Assembly (NCBI GenBank): GCA_027314665.1
Contig: DAHVAK010000080.1
Location: 1-54,531, forward strand
Length of the DNA stretch: 54,531 bases
Source: Spirochaetales bacterium
Lineage (GTDB): Bacteria; Spirochaetota; Spirochaetia; DAHUYW01
Reading direction: 5' to 3'
Shown here: piece after piece, positions 48,200-54,531 of the stretch
Layout of the letters: each line of letters begins with the position of its first letter
Numbering within the stretch: position 1 is the stretch's first letter
Made by a program: the position numbers and the translations under genes
The notes under the pieces: generated by a model
Databases searched by the model: none
What the model saw: only the letters and a program-made list of their open reading frames with translations
Told to the model about the DNA's origin: nothing

Positions 48200-50188
48200 T
48201 CAGTCCGACGCTCTGAGGTAGTGAATGACGTCGATGACGGTGTTGACAAAAAGCGAGACGCTGATGAAGAGCCCGCCGTAGAGGGAATAGTACCACGCGA
48301 CGGTAAGATTCTTCAATCGAGCCTCCTCGGCGGAGCCCGGGATCGATTCCTGATACATCGTGCTGTAGCTCTGGAACAGGCTGTAGAAGGTAACCGGAAG
48401 GATCACCGAGACCGCAAAGGCCCCGAAAGAGGAGTAGAAGCGATCGCGGAGGGTGTTCGAGAAATCGCTCTTCTTGAAGAGATCGGGAAGCAGGCGAATC
48501 GAGGTCGACGGCGGACTGTCCGGCGAGAGGGTCCCGCTGTAGTCGAGGTAGTCCTTCCGGTGAAGGATGAGGGATACCGGACCGAAGGGGCGATCCACGA
48601 GGAGCGGAGTCGTGCCCTCCCACAGCGAATTGAGATAGACGTCGGCGCCCTGCGGATAGGTGACGATCGCAATCTCGTTGGCGGCGCTCCTCTTGAGGCT
48701 GATCGTGAGACTCTTCGTCGCGAGGGGTTCGATCTCGATCGACGCCCGCTCGACCGCGTAGCCGGGCGCCTCGACCCGAATCTCATGGCGCCCCGTAGAA
48801 AGAAAGCGCAGCTCGGTGTTCCCCACTCCATAGAAGCTCCCGTCGACGTACACCAGCGCCCCCGACGGCTCGACCGAGAGCCGTAGGGTTCCCCACTCGC
48901 GCCCGAGGACCTGGGTCGCAAGCGCGGTGATCGCGGCGTGGAGAGCGCCGAAGGCCTCGCTCGGACCGACGACCGTTCGGAAGGCGTAGGACTGAGCGCC
49001 AAGATCCGCGTTGTAGGCGCTCACTTCGACAATGAGATAGCCCTCCGCCTCGGTGATCCTTCCGGTGACGAGGAAATCGAGCCCCTCCTTTTTCGCCTCC
49101 GCGGCAGGCGATACCACCGGGTAGGGCAGAAGCTGTCCCACGCCTGCCGTCCCGGCCCCCGCCGTCGACGCCGCGCCCGGGGCTGCCGGGGTGCCCGGCG
49201 CCGTCGAAGGCGTCGCGCCCGCGGAAGGGGCCGTGGCCGCCGCTCCGGCGCCGGCCGTCGAAGGCGTCGCGCCCGCCGCAGGCGAGATGCTGGGCGTGCT
49301 CGCCGAAGGAGTCACCCCTGCCGCGCCGCCGGCCCTCCCCGACGCGGTCTCGAAGACCACCGGCTTCTCGTCCGCGATCACGACGAGGGCAGCATCGAGC
49401 TGCCTCAAATACTGAATCCGCTGCCGAGCGACCGCGATGGAGGCGTCGATCGACGAGAAGGGGCCCGACGCTCCGCTCGGGCTCGTCGCCGGCGGCGCGG
49501 CTGTGGTCGAGGGGGCAGTCGAGGAGCCGGAGGTGGGCGTCGCTGCCGTCGCGCTCGACGCAGCGGTCGTGGGGGAGGCGCTTGCTACCGCAGCGGGGAT
49601 CGCGGGGGTCGAAGAGGCCGCGGACGGCGAGCTCGGCTGGGTTCCGGTCGCCGTGGCGGCGCTGCCCGAAGGCGCGGAGGTGCCGGTTGAGCCAGCTGCC
49701 GTCGCGGCGCTCGTCGAAGTCTCGTAGAACAGCGCGCTTCGCTTTCGCTGGAGGTCCGTGAGAGAGAGCTCCGCCGCCTGCAGGGCATCCGCGACGATTC
49801 TTCGCTGGTAGGCGGCGCGCTCGCTCGCGTCGTAACGGTGGGTCGCGATCCCCGAAAGACCGTCGAAAATGAGCAGCGGGAGGCTCTCGCGCAGATAGTC
49901 GTTCTCGCTCGACAGATCGACCCCTTCAAAGAGCGTCACCCCAACCTTCCAGGTGGCTGAGGTGTCGACCGGAAGAGCGGTCGGAGAGGCGCTTGCGGCG
50001 GAGGGGCTCGAGGAAGGGGCAGAGGGAGTCGAAGGCGGTGTCATGGAGGAGGGAGTCGTCGTCGTGCTCGTCGTGAGGGGGTGATCGAAGGGACCCCCGG
50101 TGCTTCCGGAGGTCGTCGGAGTCGACTGGGCGTAGGCGGCGGCTCCGAAGAGAAGGAGGAGAAGGACAGCACGTGCGGGGCGGCTCAC
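48200..50188 (-). CDS. PEGA-domain envelope protein with Ser/Thr/Ala/Pro low-complexity inserts
   Basis: Signal peptide from GTG 50188, two PEGA repeats (VEPSGALVYVDG, TYPQGADVYLN), two C-terminal TMs. Confidence 0.85.
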   Translation of the reverse strand: MSRPARAVLLLLLFGAAAYAQSTPTTSGSTGGPFDHPLTTSTTTTPSSMTPPSTPSAPSSSPSAASASPTALPVDTSATWKVGVTLFEGVDLSSENDYLRESLPLLIFDGLSGIATHRYDASERAAYQRRIVADALQAAELSLTDLQRKRSALFYETSTSAATAAGSTGTSAPSGSAATATGTQPSSPSAASSTPAIPAAVASASPTTAASSATAATPTSGSSTAPSTTAAPPATSPSGASGPFSSIDASIAVARQRIQYLRQLDAALVVIADEKPVVFETASGRAGGAAGVTPSASTPSISPAAGATPSTAGAGAAATAPSAGATPSTAPGTPAAPGAASTAGAGTAGVGQLLPYPVVSPAAEAKKEGLDFLVTGRITEAEGYLIVEVSAYNADLGAQSYAFRTVVGPSEAFGALHAAITALATQVLGREWGTLRLSVEPSGALVYVDGSFYGVGNTELRFLSTGRHEIRVEAPGYAVERASIEIEPLATKSLTISLKRSAANEIAIVTYPQGADVYLNSLWEGTTPLLVDRPFGPVSLILHRKDYLDYSGTLSPDSPPSTSIRLLPDLFKKSDFSNTLRDRFYSSFGAFAVSVILPVTFYSLFQSYSTMYQESIPGSAEEARLKNLTVAWYYSLYGGLFISVSLFVNTVIDVIHYLRASD
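49200..49276. repeat. in-frame coding direct repeat (AGATPST)
   Basis: 23-nt GCCGTCGAAGGCGTCGCGCCCGC at 49200 and 49254 (54-nt period). Confidence 0.85.
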
Positions 50189-50556
50189 TCGCGGACCTTG
50201 GCAACCTTCCTGACCGCGGAGACGATTCGCTCGGGCCGGAAGGGCTTGACGATGAAATCTCGCGCCCCATACTGGATCGCCCGAATGATGTACTCCTGCT
50301 GTCCGAGGGCGGAGCACATGATGACCCGCGCCTTGGGGTCGTAATCGACGATCCGCCGCAGGGATTCGATCCCGTCCATCACCGGCATGGTGATGTCCAT
50401 GAGCACGACATCCGGGCGGCGCTCCCGATAGAGCATGATCCCCTCCACCCCGTTCTCCGCCTCGCCGGCGACGCCGAATCCTGATGCCTCGATGATCTCG
50501 CGGATAGCGGTTCTCATGAATGACAGGTCGTCGACGACCAGGATTCGGATGCTCAT
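50185..50556 (-). CDS. cheY: single-domain CheY-like response regulator
   Basis: ILVVDDLSFMR, DVVLMDITMP, CSALGQ, FIVKPF. Confidence 0.88.
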   Translation of the reverse strand: MSIRILVVDDLSFMRTAIREIIEASGFGVAGEAENGVEGIMLYRERRPDVVLMDITMPVMDGIESLRRIVDYDPKARVIMCSALGQQEYIIRAIQYGARDFIVKPFRPERIVSAVRKVAKVRE

Positions 50557-51660
50557 GACGCCTTCGATGCCCAGGCCAGCTTGAGATACTCTTCGATGAA
50601 CGCGTCGATGTCGCCGTCCATCACCGATTGGATGTTTCCGGTTTCGTGCTTCGTCCGGTGATCCTTCACCATCGTGTAGGGCTGGAAGACGTAGGAACGG
50701 ATCTGGTTCCCCCACGAGATGTCCTTCTTCTCCTGCAGGAACTTCGCGTTCTCCTTCTCTTTCTCGGCTTTCAGATGCTCGTAGAGCCTCGAGCGAAGCA
50801 CCTTCATCGCATTCGCTTTATTCTTGTACTGGCTGCGCTCGTTTTGACACTGGACCACGATTCCCGTCTCGAGATGGGTTATCCGCACGGCGGAATCCGT
50901 CTTGTTCACCTTCTGGCCTCCGGCTCCTTGGGATCGATAGGTGTCGACGCGGATATCCTCCGGGCGAATGAGCACCGTAACCTCATCGTCGATGACCGGC
51001 GAGGCGTAGACCGAGGCAAAGGAGGTGTGACGGCGCGCGTTCGCGTCGAACGGGGAGATGCGCACCAGACGATGAACCCCGGTCTCGCCCTTCAGATAGC
51101 CGTGGGCGTACTCGCCGGTCACCTGAAGGGTCACCGACTTCACTCCCCCCTCGGCCTCAAGCAGATCGAGGGTCTCGAGCCCATAGCCGTGACGCTCGGC
51201 CCAGCGGGTGTACATCCGCAGGAGCATGGCAGCCCAATCGCAGGCTTCCGTCCCCCCTGCCCCGGCGTGAATGGTAAGGATCGCGTCGCTTTCGTCGAGC
51301 TCATCCCCCAGAAGCTCGAGGGTCCGGAGCCGCTCGAAGTGGACCGATATTTCGTTGAGAGAGCCGGAAAGCTCCTGCTCGACCGACTCATCTGCGCTTT
51401 CGTGCGCCAGGTGATAGAGCTCGTCGAGATCCTCGATCTCGCCCTTCAGCTTCTGCCACGGCTCGAAGCGCTCCCTCAGGCGCTTCAGCCGCCCAAGGAT
51501 CTTCTCCGCGTTTTCTCGGTTCTGCCAGAAGTCCTGGGTCGCGGTCGAGTTCTCGAGCTGCCCTATCTCGGTTCGAAGCCGATCGGGGTCAAAGACCCCT
51601 CCAGGTTTCGAGGATCGAGCTCTTGAGGGACGCAATGCGGGGCCCAAGATCGGAAAGCAT
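50553..51660 (-). CDS. prfB: peptide chain release factor 2 with programmed +1 frameshift
   Basis: AGGAG RBS, ATG 51660, MLSDLGPRIASLKSSILETWRGL, then CTT-TGA-C (51588-51594) preceded by SD-like GGAGGG; the +1 frame carries SPF and GGQ. Confidence 0.97.
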
Positions 51661-51694
51661 ATGATCTCCTTCGCCGAGAGCGGCGCGCACGCCG

Positions 51695-51967
51695 TCACGG
51701 TCGAACATTGATGCGTCGCCACCGCTTTTTTTCGAGGGCAGTGACGACGAAAAGCTCGTCGAGCGGGTACTGGTAGAACCGCACGATGTCGTAGTAGTCG
51801 GTCACCCGATCAATATCATGCTTGAGCCTCGCGAGGGTGTTCTCTTTGATCGTGTGGGACTCAAAAAGACTCACCGTTATCTGCGTGAGCCCGTACTGCT
51901 TGAAGAGCGTGTGGGCTGCCACCCGGTGATCGTCTTGGGAGAACTCGCCGACGACGGCCACAAACAT
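51695..51967 (-). CDS. stand-alone Cas2/VapD-like small protein
   Basis: 90 aa with a Cas2-like pattern: MFVAVVGEF (beta1 plus acidic residue), YGLTQITVSLFES (cf. YG..vQ.SVFE), D..DIVRFY. No other cas genes or array in the window. Confidence 0.7.
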   Translation of the reverse strand: MFVAVVGEFSQDDHRVAAHTLFKQYGLTQITVSLFESHTIKENTLARLKHDIDRVTDYYDIVRFYQYPLDELFVVTALEKKRWRRINVRP

Positions 51968-52046
51968 GCTGTTAGCCTACCCATAACGAATTACCGTGTC
52001 AAATACCGTATGGACGGAGGACGGTACATCGCCTATTATAGTATGC
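51968..52046. promoter_or_regulatory. back-to-back sigma70-type promoters, both apparently leaderless
   Basis: Minus strand TTGACA-N17-TAGGCT-N6-ATG (Cas2-like gene); plus strand TGGACG-N17-TATTAT-N7-ATG (52047). Confidence 0.7.
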
Positions 52047-53306
52047 ATGAAGAGGATTCCCCTGCTCTTCCTTGCGCTTGCGTTGACGATTCCCCTCTCG
52101 GCCCAGAGCGTCGGGAATGCGGTGACCTACGTGTCGCGGCTGCGCGCTGTCGTGGACGGACCCGACGTGAAGCTCTTTTGGAAGGACTCCGGCCTCCCGA
52201 ATGCGAGCTACGTGATCTACCGCTACAGCGAGGAGATCACCGCCGACAACCTCGCAAGCGCCACCAGGCTCGGCGTGGTTCCGTCGGGTAGGGAGTCGTA
52301 TATCGACACCCCGCCCGATGCGAAGAGCTACTACTACGCGGTATTCGCCCAAGACAGCTCCGGGCGGCTCTACGACCTCTTCATCCCCTTTCGCAACGTC
52401 ACCACCATGGGGGTCGCGGCCGCGCTTCCCGCGAGCGCGGCGGTCCGCTATGCGGAGGTCACGGATCTTGCCGCGAGGCGGGCCGGCGACGAGGTCATCC
52501 TCACCTTCCACAGCTCGAAGCCGGATCGACAGCTTGTGGTCTATCGAAATACCTCGCCCATCCAGAGCGTGAACGAGCTCCTCGGCTCGGTGAGCGTCGG
52601 CTTGATCCCGAGCTCTCAGAGCGAGTTCAAGGATAGCCCCATCGCCGGGATTCCCTACTACTATGCAATCGTGGACGCCCAAATGCTTGCTACCGGGTCC
52701 GTAAGCCTCGCGCTGGGGGCGAATGCAACCCGCAATCCGGTGGAGATTCCCCTGTCGACCTCGACCATCGGCGAATCGGAGTTTGCTGGAAAGCGCCTGC
52801 GCCCCCTTCCCTTCCTGGTGATCACTCCCGGCGGGGGCAGCGCGCCAGAGCTCGCCTCGCCGGGGGCGCTCGCCCCCGCGGCCAAGAGCCTCACTCCCGC
52901 TGCGCAGAGCGCCGTGGACTCCCTCCTTGGGAGCCTTCCGCCCCAGGCCGCAAAACCCCTCGCTCCGGTTCTCCTCGACGTCGACAAGGCCCCCTCTCCG
53001 AATGCCGGCGGCGACGAGCAAGCCCTCCTCGCGATCCTCTCAGGTCCCTTCGCCGCGAAGGATTGGGCCTCGGCGCAGCGCGGCCTGAAGAACTATCTCG
53101 CCATCCGACGCTCACGCGATCTCGAGCTCCGCGCACGCTTCTATCTGGGACAGTGCTACTACTTCGAGGGCGACTTCAGACGCTCGTTCATGGAGTTTCT
53201 CCTCGCCGAGGACAGCTTCTACACCGCGGTGCAGCCGTGGATAGCCTCGATCTTCGAGAAGCTTCACTCCGCCGGAGAGGCTACAGACGAGAGAACGACA
53301 GGGTGA
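52047..53306 (+). CDS. exported protein with two FnIII-like beta-sandwich repeats and a C-terminal TPR-like segment
   Basis: Signal peptide MKRIPLL...LSA; repeats V.L.W/F...VIYR....I...YYYA; ARFYLGQCYYFEGDFRRS. Confidence 0.75.
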   Translation: MKRIPLLFLALALTIPLSAQSVGNAVTYVSRLRAVVDGPDVKLFWKDSGLPNASYVIYRYSEEITADNLASATRLGVVPSGRESYIDTPPDAKSYYYAVFAQDSSGRLYDLFIPFRNVTTMGVAAALPASAAVRYAEVTDLAARRAGDEVILTFHSSKPDRQLVVYRNTSPIQSVNELLGSVSVGLIPSSQSEFKDSPIAGIPYYYAIVDAQMLATGSVSLALGANATRNPVEIPLSTSTIGESEFAGKRLRPLPFLVITPGGGSAPELASPGALAPAAKSLTPAAQSAVDSLLGSLPPQAAKPLAPVLLDVDKAPSPNAGGDEQALLAILSGPFAAKDWASAQRGLKNYLAIRRSRDLELRARFYLGQCYYFEGDFRRSFMEFLLAEDSFYTAVQPWIASIFEKLHSAGEATDERTTG

Positions 53307-54531
53307 TCGCGACCTCCCACTGCTCGCCGTGGGCAAGCTTCAGGCTCCACTGGGGCACGAAACAGGAGGACTGATAGGCGCGCGCAGTTCCGGTCAGGGT
53401 CCGCGAGACCGTTTCCACCGGAAGGCTCCACAGCTTGAAGGGCGCGGTCGCCGAGAGCGAGATGCCGACCTCGTTGACGAGATCGTTCACCGCGAGCTCC
53501 TGCATTTCGTCGACCGTGACCCGAGACAGCTCGATCGCGTGCCGCCGCTCCTCTTTCACCGAAGCGAGGGCAACGCCTTCTGCGGAGCCCGACGACAGGG
53601 CAAGGTTGATCTCCGAACCGAAGCAGACGCTTAAGGGATCGGGCGAGGTGTTCTCGATGGCGTAGCGCACAACGATGGAGCTTTTCTTGAAGGAGAAGCG
53701 CTTCGCAATCTCAATGGCGTATTCATGCTTCTTTACCTTTAGAAGTCCCGACGCCTTGAGGTGCAGCTCGTTGCGCTCGCGGTTGATGTCCTCCAGGGTG
53801 TAGGGACTTCCGATGAAGGGCCCGAGCTCGCTGTAGCTCATCCGATCAAAGGCGGCGATGCTCTCGGTCGGCAGGAAGAAATGATCGATGAAGGCCTTCC
53901 GCGAGTACCGGTCGAATACCATGCCGGGCCCTTCGCCGTGATAGGGCTCCCGGTGACGCGCCAGGGTATCAAGGTAGTTCCAGGCAGCGGGAACGTATTC
54001 CAGCTCGAAGAGCGTCCCGCCGACGAGATGAACGTAGCCGTTGATCTCGGTGCCGTGGTAGAGGTACTCCGCCTCGCCGTCCATGTCGAAATCCAGGGTG
54101 ACGAGCGAAGGCTTGAAGATCCCCTTCTCCCGCGTTACCTTCTCCGCTTCAATGAGCGCTCGATAGGCCGCCTTGCGCAATCGATTGTCGTAGATCCCGC
54201 CGTTGGGGCCATGCCATAGGGGGCTATGGCACTCTCCCTTCCAAAGCTCCTCTCGAGCCGCGCGTTTGCGATGACGATCGCCGCGCATCTGGTTCACCAG
54301 ATCGTGGGTGTAGAGGATCTTCGCATAGAGGATGTTGCTCTCGGGGTAGCGAGAAAGGAACTGCCGGAAATTTCCGCTCGTCGGCTGCGCGCCGCCCCTC
54401 CCTCCGTTCCTGGCCTTTGCATGCTCGATATCGCGAAAGAAGGTCGGGTCCCCCAACCACTCCATCATCTCGTCGTAGGTGGTGGAATTGAAGTAGCCCT
54501 TCTTCACCGGCCCGAACCGATCCGGCTGACG
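53281..54531 (-). CDS. GH57 alpha-amylase / 4-alpha-glucanotransferase, C-terminal part (5' end outside the window)
   Basis: GNFRQFLSRYPESN, LWHGPNGGIY...LRKAAY..LIEAE, DFDMDGEAE, NYLDTLAR, AFIDHF. Confidence 0.88.
   Translation of the reverse strand, partial: RQPDRFGPVKKGYFNSTTYDEMMEWLGDPTFFRDIEHAKARNGGRGGAQPTSGNFRQFLSRYPESNILYAKILYTHDLVNQMRGDRHRKRAAREELWKGECHSPLWHGPNGGIYDNRLRKAAYRALIEAEKVTREKGIFKPSLVTLDFDMDGEAEYLYHGTEINGYVHLVGGTLFELEYVPAAWNYLDTLARHREPYHGEGPGMVFDRYSRKAFIDHFFLPTESIAAFDRMSYSELGPFIGSPYTLEDINRERNELHLKASGLLKVKKHEYAIEIAKRFSFKKSSIVVRYAIENTSPDPLSVCFGSEINLALSSGSAEGVALASVKEERRHAIELSRVTVDEMQELAVNDLVNEVGISLSATAPFKLWSLPVETVSRTLTGTARAYQSSCFVPQWSLKLAHGEQWEVAITLSFSRL

Noticed and set aside
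51600-52100. CRISPR array or cas operon near the Cas2-like gene
   Set aside because: No regularly spaced repeats and no cas1 or other cas genes; the flanks are prfB and an exported protein.

Overview
A 54.5 kb, visibly GC-rich chromosomal segment, most likely from a spirochaete (Spirochaetia-like RecJ, glyA, mcsA-mcsB-clpC, Maf/MptE-like gene and a solo Cas2-like gene ahead of prfB; taxonomy is inferred). Most of it is housekeeping: recO-thpR-recJ, lon, ilvD, glyA with a ZTP (pfl)-type riboswitch, tsaC, ftsB, rnz, a GldAFG-type ABC system, lolCDE-like genes, ftsY, cheY, prfB with its +1 frameshift, and a GH57 enzyme cut by the right edge. A decaying accessory stretch (about 7.3-14.5 kb) holds a MarR/MFS pair with twin operators, an AraC unit and two gene remnants (SDR, GH43). 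No CRISPR array, tRNA, rRNA, integrase or transposase was seen. The most notable observations are: (1) a five-gene operon of ECF sigma, CBM48 anti-sigma, two exported proteins and a probable outer-membrane barrel, which looks like an alpha-glucan-sensing trans-envelope system; (2) a gene split by an A10 slippery tract directly behind a very acidic hub-like protein; (3) a CRISPR-less Cas2-like gene heading the prfB-cheY-ftsY-lol gene run; (4) an in-frame amber codon in an otherwise intact gene; (5) about 8 apparently leaderless promoters; (6) several pseudo-enzyme domains (DEDDh insert in RecJ, GH20, McsB, GGDEF). All family assignments come from motif recognition by eye, not database searches.
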